From an uncultured Microthrixaceae bacterium (GTDB lineage Bacteria > Actinomycetota > Acidimicrobiia > Acidimicrobiales > VFJN01): DNA of 64,000 nucleotides. The stretch is from the NCBI GenBank assembly GCA_963703565.1, contig CAVPEW010000007.1, forward strand, positions 5,240 to 69,239. Reading direction: 5' to 3'. Shown here in pieces: positions 40,379 through 49,456 of the stretch. Position 1 is the first letter of the stretch; every line of letters begins with the position of its first letter. A program made the position numbers and the translations under genes. The notes under the pieces were generated by a model, which was not told the origin of the DNA, did no database searches, and saw only the letters and a program-made list of their open reading frames with translations.

Positions 40379-41889
40379 TCGTCGCCCTCGCCGTCGAAGG
40401 TCGACGGTCCTATGCCTGCCCCTGCCGCCGACTCCTCCATCAGCAGATCCAGCTCAGGCCCCCCGGGGGCTTCGGCTGCGAACCTGGGCAGGATGGCCAG
40501 TGCCACCACGAGCCCCGCCGCGCAGGCCCCGGCACCGATCCAGAAGGCGGTGGAGAACGCCCCCTCGGCGGGGAACTTGGACCCGGCGGGCGTGTCGGCC
40601 GACAGCACTGTCGCGGCGAGGGCGCTGCCCAGCGCCCCACCCACCGTTCGCAGCACCTGGTTGAGGCTCATCGCAGAACCGGTGCGGTGCTCGGGAACCG
40701 ACGCGACGATGAGCGCGGGCATCGCGGCGAAGGTGGTGCCGACCCCGACGCCGAGGAGCAGCGTCAACAGGGCGAGCTGGCCGAGGTGGTCGTGGGATAC
40801 GGCGCTGTAGGCCAGCGACACGCCCACGACGGCGCAGCCAGCGGCGAGCACCAGGCGCATGCCGACCCGGTCGGCGACCACGCGGGCCAACGGCTGGGAG
40901 GCGAGGCTGCCCAGCGACAGCGGCAACAGCACGAGCCCGGTCACCACCAGCGAGGCGGAGAACCCGTAGCCCTGCGAGGTCGGGGTCTGGGCCAGGCGGT
41001 TCACCAGCGCGAGACCCTGGTACATGCCGACTCCCACCAGCACCGCGGTGACGTTGGCACCCAGCACGGGCCGTTGCGCGCACAGGCGCAGGTCGACCAG
41101 CGCGTGGGGGGTGCGCCACTCCACCATCGCCCAGGCGACGAAGGCCACGGCCGCCGAGACGAGCAGGCCGATCGTGGAGGGCTCGCCCCAACCCCACGAC
41201 GCGCCCTTGCTCACAGCGAGCAGCAGGGCAGCCAGCCCCACGCCGAGCAGCACCGCTCCGGGCACGTCGAGGCGCACGCCGGATCCGTTGCCAGCGCCGT
41301 CCGGGAGCTTCATCGTGACCAGGGCCAGAGCCGCGGCGGCGAAGACTGCCGCGAACCAGAAGGCGGCGTGGTAGTCGGCGTACTGGGCGATCATCCCCGT
41401 CACCGGGAAGCCCAGCCCGGCGCCCACCGCCACCGTGATCGACAGCGTGGCGATGGCACGTCGCTGCTGCTCGCCCGCGAGGATCTCGCGCGCCAGCGCT
41501 ATGGCGAGGGGAACCGTGCCGTAGCCGATGCCCTGCAGGGCACGCCCGACGAGCAGCTGGGGGAACGAGCCCGCCGTGGCGGCCACGATCGCTCCGACAC
41601 CGACCGAACCGAGCGTCACCTGCAGCAGCCGCCTGCGCCGGGAGCCGTCTCCGAGTCGCCCCAGGATCGGCGTCACGACCGCTCCGACCAGCAAGGTGAT
41701 GGTCAGCATCCACTGGGCGGTCTCCAGCGAGACGCCCTTGCTCTCTGCGATGGTCGGGATCAGCGGAGTCCCCAGCGTCGAGGTGACCGATACGGTCAAT
41801 GCCGCCACGACCAGCGCGGCCACGGTGCCCGCCGGTGCGCGGGGGGCCTCGGCAACGGGACGCATCACGAGTTCATCAACTGATGTCAT
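40375..41889 (-). CDS. MFS transporter (DHA2/EmrB-like, 14-TM type)
   Basis: 504 aa with about 14 hydrophobic segments and LGRLGDGSRRRRLL (motif A-like). Confidence 0.85.
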   Translation of the reverse strand: MTSVDELVMRPVAEAPRAPAGTVAALVVAALTVSVTSTLGTPLIPTIAESKGVSLETAQWMLTITLLVGAVVTPILGRLGDGSRRRRLLQVTLGSVGVGAIVAATAGSFPQLLVGRALQGIGYGTVPLAIALAREILAGEQQRRAIATLSITVAVGAGLGFPVTGMIAQYADYHAAFWFAAVFAAAALALVTMKLPDGAGNGSGVRLDVPGAVLLGVGLAALLLAVSKGASWGWGEPSTIGLLVSAAVAFVAWAMVEWRTPHALVDLRLCAQRPVLGANVTAVLVGVGMYQGLALVNRLAQTPTSQGYGFSASLVVTGLVLLPLSLGSLASQPLARVVADRVGMRLVLAAGCAVVGVSLAYSAVSHDHLGQLALLTLLLGVGVGTTFAAMPALIVASVPEHRTGSAMSLNQVLRTVGGALGSALAATVLSADTPAGSKFPAEGAFSTAFWIGAGACAAGLVVALAILPRFAAEAPGGPELDLLMEESAAGAGIGPSTFDGEGDE

Positions 41890-41930
41890 CGAGTGATGAC
41901 TCTAGCGTTCGCCCTTGCCGCCTGTCCTGG

Positions 41931-44168
41931 TCAGCTCCGCACGATCGCGCGCGGCTCGCTCCTGGGGCCCTCGGTCGCGCCCGGATCACCGCGGCCCTCC
42001 GGCTCGGCTCCGCCTTCGCCCGGATCGTGGGCCGATGTGGCGACGGGCGCCTCGAGACGCAGGGTGGGCAGGAGCCGGTCGAGCCAGCGCGGGAACCACC
42101 AGTTGGCCCGCCCCAGCAGCTCCATGGTGGCCGGGACCAGCACCATGCGCACGACCGTGGCGTCGACGAAGACGGCCACGGCCAGGCCCAGCCCGAAGGT
42201 CTTGACGATGACGTCCCCGCCGGCCACGAACGACAGGAACACCGCCACCATGATCGCAGCGGCGGCGGTGATGACCCGGGCGGTCGCGGCGAGGCCGTCG
42301 GCGACGGCGGAGGCGTTGACGCCGGTGCGGTCGTACTCCTCACGGATGCGCGACAGCAGGAAGACCTCGTAGTCCATGGACAGGCCGAAGAGGATCGCGA
42401 ACAGCATCATCGGGACGAACGCCATGATCGGCGCCGTGTGGTCGAGCCCGATGAGGCCGGCACCCCAGCCCCACTGGAACACCGCCACCACCACGCCGTA
42501 GGCGGCTCCGATCGAGAGCAGGTTCATGATCGCTGCCTTGGCCGGGACCAGCACCGAGCGGAACACCACCATCAACAACAGGAAGGACAGGACCAGCACG
42601 GCGCCGATGAACACCGGCAAGCGGCGAGACAGCAGCTCGGTCATGTCCACGAACAGCGCCGTGGCCCCGCTCACCTTCACCTCGAGCCCCGAGCCCGCTG
42701 CCGCCCTCGGAAGCACCTCGTCGCGCAGGAGGTCGACGAGGTCCTGGGTATCGGTCACGTGCGGGGCGGTCTCGGGGACGACGAACATCGCCATCGCCGT
42801 ACCGCCTTCGTTGCGGATCGCCGGGGCGGCCAGGGCCACCCCGGGAGTGCCAGCGACGGCGCGGGTGATGCGTGCCAGGTCGGCGTCCACGCCGGGATCG
42901 TCGGGATCGGTGGGGGCGACCAGCAGCAGCGGCCCGTTGAAGCCGACCCCGAACTCGTCGGTGATGAGCTCGTAGGCCCGGTGGCTCGACGAGTCCGGCG
43001 GCCCGCTGGAGAAGTCGAACCCGCCCAGGCGCATCGAGGTGACCGGTGCGGCGAGGATGCCCAGCACGATCAAGGCGCCGACCAGGGCGAACCACGGGTG
43101 GGCCTGCACCTGGCGGCTCCAGCGGTGCCAGCGGGTGCCAGCGAGGGGCACGGCGTCCCGGCGTCCCACGCGACCCTTGTCGATGCCGTGACCGACGAAG
43201 CCCAGCACCGCGGGCAACAGCGTCACCGCCCCCACCACCGTGGTGCCCACCGCCAACGAGGAGCTCACGGCCATGCCGACCATGATCGACAGGCCCATCA
43301 GCAGCATCCCCAGCAGGGAGATGACGACCGTGACACCGGCGAACACGACCGCTCGCCCGGAGGTGTCCAGCGCGGCGACCACTGCATCCTCGGGCTCGAG
43401 CCCCGACCTCAACGACTCGCGGTAGCGCACCACGATGAACAGGGCGTAGTCGATCCCGACCCCGAGGCCGATCATCGCCGCCATGGCCGGGGCGAAGCTG
43501 AACACGTCCACCACGTGGGCGAGCAGCAACATCCCCGACAGGCTCACGCCAAGTCCCACCAGCGCCATCAGTACCGGGAGCCCCGCAGCGACCACCGAGC
43601 CGAACGTGACCAGCAGAACCACCAGGGCCAGCACGAGCCCCGCGCCCTCCCGCCAGCTGGCGATCTCCATCTCGGCGAACAGCGCGGTCGGCCCGCCCAC
43701 GCGCACCTCGACTCCATGCGCCGTGGCCTCGTCGGCCCGGTCGATGATCTCGCGGACCATCTCGACGTCGACATCGGGCCCGAAGGAGGCCATGCGCACC
43801 TGGGCGATGGCCGCCGTGCGGTCGCCGTTGGGCACCGCCAGCAGGTCCTCGTAGGGCGAAACGACCTCCCGCACGCCGTCTAGCCTCGAGACGTCGTCGA
43901 GGAAGGCCTCGACGGTGGCACGCACATCCGGGTCGTCCAGGCCCGCCTCGGCCCGGATCGGCACCATCAAGGGGTCGCCGTAGTACTCCGGGAAGTGGTC
44001 CCGCAAGAAGTCGAAGCCGTCCTGGGACTCGGACTCGGCGAGCTGGAAGTCGTTGGAGAACTTGCCGTGGCCCGCGAGGGTACCCACGCCGAGCGCGCCC
44101 AGCAGCACCAACCAGCCGACCAGGACGAGGCGACGCCTGCGGAAGCACCACCGAGCGAGACGGGACAC
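41931..44168 (-). CDS. MMPL family (RND superfamily) transporter
   Basis: VSRLARWCFRRRRLVLVGWLVLLGAL..., two 6-TM bundles, GVGIDYALFIVVRYRE and LSMDYEVFLLSRIREE motifs. GTG at 44168 is preceded by GGAGGT. Confidence 0.85.
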   Translation of the reverse strand: MSRLARWCFRRRRLVLVGWLVLLGALGVGTLAGHGKFSNDFQLAESESQDGFDFLRDHFPEYYGDPLMVPIRAEAGLDDPDVRATVEAFLDDVSRLDGVREVVSPYEDLLAVPNGDRTAAIAQVRMASFGPDVDVEMVREIIDRADEATAHGVEVRVGGPTALFAEMEIASWREGAGLVLALVVLLVTFGSVVAAGLPVLMALVGLGVSLSGMLLLAHVVDVFSFAPAMAAMIGLGVGIDYALFIVVRYRESLRSGLEPEDAVVAALDTSGRAVVFAGVTVVISLLGMLLMGLSIMVGMAVSSSLAVGTTVVGAVTLLPAVLGFVGHGIDKGRVGRRDAVPLAGTRWHRWSRQVQAHPWFALVGALIVLGILAAPVTSMRLGGFDFSSGPPDSSSHRAYELITDEFGVGFNGPLLLVAPTDPDDPGVDADLARITRAVAGTPGVALAAPAIRNEGGTAMAMFVVPETAPHVTDTQDLVDLLRDEVLPRAAAGSGLEVKVSGATALFVDMTELLSRRLPVFIGAVLVLSFLLLMVVFRSVLVPAKAAIMNLLSIGAAYGVVVAVFQWGWGAGLIGLDHTAPIMAFVPMMLFAILFGLSMDYEVFLLSRIREEYDRTGVNASAVADGLAATARVITAAAAIMVAVFLSFVAGGDVIVKTFGLGLAVAVFVDATVVRMVLVPATMELLGRANWWFPRWLDRLLPTLRLEAPVATSAHDPGEGGAEPEGRGDPGATEGPRSEPRAIVRS

Positions 44169-44206
44169 CGGACCTCCGGGTGGGGGGAGACCCAGAGCCT
44201 GCACTA

Positions 44207-44232
44207 TGCGACAAATGCAATGCAATGTCGCA
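44207..44232. promoter_or_regulatory. inverted repeat (putative operator) in the AT-richer mmpL upstream region
   Basis: TGCGACA-aatgcaatgcaa-TGTCGCA: perfect 7-bp arms with a 12-nt spacer, 39-64 nt upstream of the mmpL start. Confidence 0.4.
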
Positions 44233-44282
44233 ATACGGACATCCGTGAGTACCCGGACAGGCAAGGCGCCGCCGCCGTGACT

Positions 44283-44315
44283 GGTCCCCCGCCGTCGCGG
44301 CGGCGGCAGGGGACC
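44283..44315 (-). terminator. GC-rich hairpin just downstream of the NMO gene stop
   Basis: GGTCCCC (44283-44289) pairs with GGGGACC (44309-44315), with further internal CCGCCG/CGGCGG pairing. It lies 4 nt after the stop at 44319. Confidence 0.4.
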
Positions 44316-44318
44316 TGC

Positions 44319-45464
44319 TCAGCCCTCCAGCTGGGCCTGCAGCGTCTGCACGGTGTCGATGTACTCGTCGATCAGGTCGAAGACGACCTGCGAGGCGCTC
44401 TTGCGCTCGTTCATGGTGCCGACGATCTGACCCACGAAGTAGTTGGCCAGCTTCTCGGCCCCCGAGCCCACGTGGTGCGAGGCGCGGGCGATGCGGGCCT
44501 GTGCGGCAGCGGTGAGCACCGGCTGCAACGGCATGCCCAGCGGCTCTGGGGTGTCGGCGCGGGCCCACTCCTCGGTCCAAGCGGACTTGAGCATGCGGGC
44601 GTGCTTGCCGGTGATCGACCGGGAGCGGATGGTGTCGGCAGAGGTCGCTGCGAGGAACTTCTCCTTGACCACCGGGTGGGTCTCGGCCTCGTCGGTGGTC
44701 AGCCACACCGAGCCGCACCACACGCCCTGGGCGCCCAGGGCCAGCGACGCCGCGAGCTGACGGCCCCGACCGATGCCCCCGGCGGCGAGCACCGGGACGT
44801 CGACCGCATCGACGATCTCGGGCACGAGCACCATCGTGCCTATCTCGCCGGTGTGCCCGCCCGCCTCGGAGCCCTGGGCGATGATCACGTCCACTCCGGC
44901 CTGCACGTGGCGCTCGGCGTGCACCGCCTTGCCGGCGAGTGCGCCCACCAGGCGCCCGGCCGCCTTGGCCTGGTCGATCATGAACTGGGGTGGCGAGCCC
45001 AGCGCGTTGGCGACGAACGCGGTGCGGTGCGCCAGGGCGATGTCGAGCTGGGGTCCGGCAGCGGCAGCGGAGAAGGGGGCCGCCCCGCTCGAGCGCCCCA
45101 GGCCCCTGCCCGTGTCGATGGTCTCGTCGGGCGGGAACTCGGGCACCTCGTAGCGGGCCAGGATGTCCTCGACGAAGGCCTGGTGCTCGGGTGGGATGAG
45201 CGCCCGGATGTCCTCCATGGTGTAGCCGTCCTTCTCGTCGCCGGCGTACTTGGCCGGGATGATCAGGTCGACGCCGTAGGGCTTCTCGCCGATCTCGGCC
45301 TCGATCCAGTCGAGGTCGATCTCGAGCTGTTCGGGCGTATGGGCCACGGCGCCCAGGACCCCGATCCCGCCCGCCTTGGACACGGCCGCGACGACGTCGC
45401 GGCAGTGCGAGAAGGCGAAGATCGGGAACTCGATGCCGAACAGTTCGGTCACGTCGGTGCGCAT
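44319..45464 (-). CDS. nitronate monooxygenase / NAD(P)H-dependent flavin oxidoreductase family protein
   Basis: MRTDVTELFGIEFPIFAFSHCRDVVAAVSKAGGIGVLGA...AAGGIGRGRQLAASLALGAQGVW...GSEAGGHTG. ATG at 45464 follows AAGGAG. Confidence 0.8.
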   Translation of the reverse strand: MRTDVTELFGIEFPIFAFSHCRDVVAAVSKAGGIGVLGAVAHTPEQLEIDLDWIEAEIGEKPYGVDLIIPAKYAGDEKDGYTMEDIRALIPPEHQAFVEDILARYEVPEFPPDETIDTGRGLGRSSGAAPFSAAAAGPQLDIALAHRTAFVANALGSPPQFMIDQAKAAGRLVGALAGKAVHAERHVQAGVDVIIAQGSEAGGHTGEIGTMVLVPEIVDAVDVPVLAAGGIGRGRQLAASLALGAQGVWCGSVWLTTDEAETHPVVKEKFLAATSADTIRSRSITGKHARMLKSAWTEEWARADTPEPLGMPLQPVLTAAAQARIARASHHVGSGAEKLANYFVGQIVGTMNERKSASQVVFDLIDEYIDTVQTLQAQLEG

Positions 45465-46309
45465 GGGACTCCTTGTGAGTTGGACAGTGAGTTGGACAGT
45501 GAGCTGGACAGTGAGCTGGACAGTGGTCCGTACGTTGACCTGGACGGCGGAACGGACGCACCCGTCGCCGGGCCGGCAGCCCAGGGCGCCGAGGCTTCGG
45601 AATGGGCGACGCGCCCGCCCCCCCGTTGGCGCCTCGAGCCTCCGGGCAGGCTCCGCAGGCCGGCCAGGACGACCTCGACGACCTCGTCCGCGGCGTGCCG
45701 CGGCGACGAGCGCAGGGTCGGCATCACCTCTGCGGCTGCCAGGGTGGCGCCCACGCCGGCTATGACCTGGGCCAACGCCCGGGTGTCGATCGGAGCCACC
45801 TCGCCTCGCTCGACGGCCAGGTCGAGCAGCCCGGCGGTCACGGCCACCAGGTAGCCCGAGTGCGCCGCCGCCAACGCCGACGCACCGGGCACCAGCGCCA
45901 TGTCGCGGACGAAGGCCTCGGTGGTGTCGACCACCGCCACGTGGGCCGCGCCGAGGTAGGCCCGCAGCGCGTCCAGCGCTCCCGGGCCCCCAGCCCGTCG
46001 AACCGCCCGGCGGGCCCGGCGACCGGTCTCCCACAGGTGGCGGTCGATCGCCACCAGCACGAGCTCCTCTCGGCTGGGCGCGAGCGAGTAGAGGGTCCGC
46101 AACGAGCAGTTCAGCTCGGATGCCAGGTCGGCCATGGTCAGCTGGGCGAAGCCCCCGCCGGCGAACAGGGCCGAGACCTCGTCGAGCAGCTCGCGCTGGC
46201 GGGTCGTGAGACGGGCGCAGCGGCCGCGGTCGAGCACCGGTCGGGGTCGCGCCACGGCGGCGATGCGACGCTCGACCTGTGCGTCGGGCGCCGTGTAGGC
46301 CGTGCTCAA
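45449..46309 (-). CDS. TetR family transcriptional regulator with a ~55-aa low-complexity C-terminal read-through
   Basis: LTTRQRELLDEVSALFAGGGFAQLTMADLASELNCSLRTLYSLAPSREELV HTH. TTG start at 46309 (TTGA overlap with the ACAD stop); a GTG near 46255 is an alternative. The tail ...GPLSSSLSSSLSNSLSNSQGVPCAPT is encoded by the tandem array. Confidence 0.7.
   Translation of the reverse strand: MSTAYTAPDAQVERRIAAVARPRPVLDRGRCARLTTRQRELLDEVSALFAGGGFAQLTMADLASELNCSLRTLYSLAPSREELVLVAIDRHLWETGRRARRAVRRAGGPGALDALRAYLGAAHVAVVDTTEAFVRDMALVPGASALAAAHSGYLVAVTAGLLDLAVERGEVAPIDTRALAQVIAGVGATLAAAEVMPTLRSSPRHAADEVVEVVLAGLRSLPGGSRRQRGGGRVAHSEASAPWAAGPATGASVPPSRSTYGPLSSSLSSSLSNSLSNSQGVPCAPT
45475..45522. repeat. 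perfect 12-bp x4 tandem array (two sequence variants) abutting the NMO ribosome-binding site
   Basis: Plus strand: GTGAGTTGGACA, GTGAGTTGGACA, GTGAGCTGGACA, GTGAGCTGGACA, followed by degenerate copies to about 45550. Minus strand: (TGTCCAGCTCAC)2 (TGTCCAACTCAC)2 AAGGAGTCCCATG. Confidence 0.9.
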
Positions 46310-47526
46310 CCCCGGCGCGCCTCGGACCAGGTCTTGCCGGCCTCCACGTTGGTCTCACGGCCCAGGCCGAGGACCATCTCCGCGACGATGTTGCGCTGCA
46401 CGGCGAACGTGCCGCCACCCAGGGTGAGCGCGGGCGAGAAGAGGAACCCGTAGCTCCAGATGGGGTCGACATCGTCGTGGCCGAACCGGTCGCTGGTCAG
46501 CTCGGTCGCGCCACCGCGGGCACGAGCGGGGAGCTCCCCCTCGGGACCGGAGCCGGCCAACATCCCGCGGGTCCCGGCCAGCTCCTTGGCCAGCGCCATC
46601 ACGTGCTGGCCGTGCTCGTCGGCCATGATCTTCTGGATCGAGGCCTCGGGTCCGGGGGTGCGGCCGTTGAGGCGGGCCGACAGGGTCCGCAGCCGGTTCA
46701 GGCGCAGCACCTCGGCCTCGATGTGCAAGGCGGCGGCACGCTGGCGCACCCGGCGGTCGCCGCATCCACCCCGGGCCCGTACCAGGTCGAGCAGGTCGGC
46801 CGCGGAAGGGCCGGCCCCCCACAGCGAACCCGCCGAGGACAGCGAGACGCGCTCGTTGGACAGCGTCACCTTGGCCAGGCGCCAACCGTCGCCCTCCTCA
46901 CCCACGCGCAGCGAAGCTGGGAGCCGCACGTCGTCGAAGAAGACCTGGTTGAACGAGTGCGCCGTGGTCATGTCGATGATCGGCGACATGGACAGCCCGG
47001 GCAGGTCGGTCGGGCAGATGAAGTACGAGATGCCCTTGTGCTTGGGCACGTCGGGGTCGGTGCGAGCGATCAGGATGCCGTACTTGGCGTGGTGACCCCC
47101 CGAGGTCCAGATCTTCGTGCCGTTGACGACGTACTCGTCGCCGTCGCGCACGGCCCTGGTCGAGAGCCCGGCCAGGTCCGAACCGGCGTCGGGCTCGGAG
47201 AACATCTGGCACCAGAACTCCTCCCCGGCGAGCAGCGGGGGCAGGTACGTGCGCTTCTGGTCCTCGGTGCCCGCCAGCAGGATCGTGGGGCCCGCCCAGC
47301 CGATCCCGATGGGGTTGCGCGGCATGCTCACCCCTGCCCGGGTGAGCTCGTCGTCGATGATCAGCTGGTGCATCGGGTCGGCGCTCAGGCCCCAGGGGGC
47401 CGGCCAGTGGGGCACTACGTAGCCGGCTTCGGACAGCTCCCGCCCGCTCGGGTCTGGGTGCTCGGCCAGCCACGCCCGCACAGCACTGCGACGTGGGTCG
47501 TCGTCGGGCGGGAAGTCGAAGTCCAT
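46306..47526 (-). CDS. acyl-CoA dehydrogenase family protein
   Basis: MDFDFPPDDDPRRSAVRAWL...FSEPDAGSDLAGL...KIWTSGG...GGGTFAVQRNIVAE. ATG at 47526. Confidence 0.85.
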   Translation of the reverse strand: MDFDFPPDDDPRRSAVRAWLAEHPDPSGRELSEAGYVVPHWPAPWGLSADPMHQLIIDDELTRAGVSMPRNPIGIGWAGPTILLAGTEDQKRTYLPPLLAGEEFWCQMFSEPDAGSDLAGLSTRAVRDGDEYVVNGTKIWTSGGHHAKYGILIARTDPDVPKHKGISYFICPTDLPGLSMSPIIDMTTAHSFNQVFFDDVRLPASLRVGEEGDGWRLAKVTLSNERVSLSSAGSLWGAGPSAADLLDLVRARGGCGDRRVRQRAAALHIEAEVLRLNRLRTLSARLNGRTPGPEASIQKIMADEHGQHVMALAKELAGTRGMLAGSGPEGELPARARGGATELTSDRFGHDDVDPIWSYGFLFSPALTLGGGTFAVQRNIVAEMVLGLGRETNVEAGKTWSEARRG

Positions 47527-47658
47527 CGGTTCGCACGCACCCCCGGTCCCCTGCAACGCCGGTCGGTGCCGCCGCGGGCCGTCAAGCTAGGAGGTGGTAA
47601 CCCTCGCCCGCCATTCTTACCAGCGCCAGATGTCACATCTCGTTGAGCCTGCCCCGGG

Positions 47659-48486
47659 TCAGACGCAGCGGTTCCGCAGGGCGCCCACGCCGTCGATCCA
47701 GCTCTCGAGCACCATGCCCGGTCGCAGGGCTCGCGGCGGGGTCCTGCTGAACCCGACCCCGGCGGGCGTGCCGGTGAAGACCACGTCGCCGGGCCACAGC
47801 GGCAGCACCTCCGACAAGGTGGCCAGGAGGGGCCCCACGCCGTGCAGCATCTGGGAGGTCCGGGCCTGCTGGACCACCTCACCGTCGACTGCACAGCCCA
47901 GGGCGAGGTCATCGCGCTCGGCCAGCTCGTCGGGGCTGACCACCCACGGGCCCATCGGCCCGTAGCCGCGACGCGACTTGCCCAGGCTGAACTGGCCCCC
48001 GGCAGCGAACTGCAGGGTGCGATCCGACACGTCCTGTCCCACCGTGACGCCCGCGATGTGGGACCAGGCCTCGTCCGCGGACACCCGGTCGGCCAGGCGG
48101 CCGACCACGACCACCAGCTCGACCTCCCAGTCGACGGAGTCGCCCACGACGACGATGTCGTCGTGGGGTCCGGCCAGACACGCCGGGAACTTCGTGAACA
48201 CCGCCGGTACGGCGGGCACCGACATCGACGCCTCCGCCGCGTGCTCCGCGTAGTTGAGCCCCACCGCGAAGACCTGCCGGGCACCTTGTGCCGGGCAGCC
48301 GAGCAGGGACGGGTCGAGTGGTCCGGTCCCCGACGTGAGCGTGCCGGCCAGGTCGGCCAGCTCGTCGAAGCGCTCGTAGCAGTCGGCGAGGTCCGGGCCG
48401 AGGGACCCCCCCGACACCGCTGCCACATCGGCCACCTCGTCGCCCAGCACCAGCGCAGCCCGGCCGTCGTGGTTGGCCAGCCTCAT
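47659..48486 (-). CDS. fumarylacetoacetate hydrolase (FAH) family protein
   Basis: MRLANHDGRAALVLGD...VGLNYAEHA...DWEVELVVVVG...GDVVFTGTPAGVG. ATG at 48486. Confidence 0.8.
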   Translation of the reverse strand: MRLANHDGRAALVLGDEVADVAAVSGGSLGPDLADCYERFDELADLAGTLTSGTGPLDPSLLGCPAQGARQVFAVGLNYAEHAAEASMSVPAVPAVFTKFPACLAGPHDDIVVVGDSVDWEVELVVVVGRLADRVSADEAWSHIAGVTVGQDVSDRTLQFAAGGQFSLGKSRRGYGPMGPWVVSPDELAERDDLALGCAVDGEVVQQARTSQMLHGVGPLLATLSEVLPLWPGDVVFTGTPAGVGFSRTPPRALRPGMVLESWIDGVGALRNRCV

Positions 48487-48493
48487 CGCGCCG

Positions 48494-49384
48494 TCACCTG
48501 TCTGCACCCGAACCCTGGGGCTCGGTGTCCGAACCCTGAGGCGCTCCCAGGGCGCCGAGGGATCCATCCGCGTCGTCGACTGGCACTGCGCTACGAGAGC
48601 TCACGACCATCGCCGCCAGGGCGACTGCCAGCGTGAGCAGGCTGACCCAGGTGTTGACACGCCAGCCGGCTATCTCGTTGGCCGGGTCGATCCGCAACGA
48701 CTCGACCCACAGGCGGCCCAGGGCGTAGCCACCCACGTAGAGGACGAACAGCTGGCCTCGACGCAGCCGGGGACGGAGCCGACGCTCCACTATCACCAGC
48801 AGCCCGGCGAGGAGAAGGTTCCAGCACGCCTCGTAGGCGAAGGTCGGGTGGAAGGTGCTGACCGACTCGTAGCCCCGGGGCCGATGCTCCGGGTCGATCC
48901 GCACCGCCCAGGGCAGGTCCGAGGGCCGCCCGAACAGCTCCTGGTTGAACCAGTTGCCGAGCCGGCCGATCGCCTGGGCGACCGGGAGCGCGGGCGCCAC
49001 GACGTCCAGCAGCGGTGGGATGGCGAGCCCCTTGCGACGGGCCACGACCACGCCCGTGGCCACGCCGGCGAGCAACCCGCCGGGGATCCCGAGACCGCCC
49101 TCCCACACCGCGAACGCGCTCCACCAGTCGCCCTGGAAGCGCTGGTAGTCGGTGAGCACGTGGTAGAGGCGGGCACCGACCAACCCGGCCGGAACGGCCC
49201 AGGCGGCGACCTGACCCAGCACTTCGGGATCGCCGCCGCGCGCGACGAAGCGCCGTTGCGCGATCCGTAGGGCCGCCAGCACGCCCAACGCGATGGCCAA
49301 CCCGTAGGCGCGCAGCTCGAGGGGGCCCAGGCTCACGGCGTTGTCGCCCGGGCTGGGGATGGACGCCAGCAGGTCGGCTCGCAC
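48494..49384 (-). CDS. lgt: prolipoprotein diacylglyceryl transferase
   Basis: LRAYGLAIALGVL...GARLYHVLTDY...WEGGLGIPGG...AQAIGRLGNWFNQELFGRP. Start at GTG 49384, or at 49420. Confidence 0.85.
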   Translation of the reverse strand: MRADLLASIPSPGDNAVSLGPLELRAYGLAIALGVLAALRIAQRRFVARGGDPEVLGQVAAWAVPAGLVGARLYHVLTDYQRFQGDWWSAFAVWEGGLGIPGGLLAGVATGVVVARRKGLAIPPLLDVVAPALPVAQAIGRLGNWFNQELFGRPSDLPWAVRIDPEHRPRGYESVSTFHPTFAYEACWNLLLAGLLVIVERRLRPRLRRGQLFVLYVGGYALGRLWVESLRIDPANEIAGWRVNTWVSLLTLAVALAAMVVSSRSAVPVDDADGSLGALGAPQGSDTEPQGSGADR

Positions 49385-49456
49385 CGAGTGAGTCTCCCCC
49401 GCCGCTACCCCCGGCGCCATCGCGCTCCCGGTGGCCGGGACCGCCCGGCGCCGGGC

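Noticed and set aside
45475-45550. Tandem 12-mers as a possible CRISPR array
   Set aside because: The repeats are directly adjacent with no spacers and are only 12 bp long. No cas genes are present.
42340-45561. 1073-aa minus-strand ORF, with similar long ORFs at 39448-41883, 14216-16588 and 23102-25066
   Set aside because: These are out-of-frame or antisense to the MMPL, NMO, MFS, CcmF and GT4 genes, which have clear family motifs. Their translations are Arg/Pro/Gly-rich.
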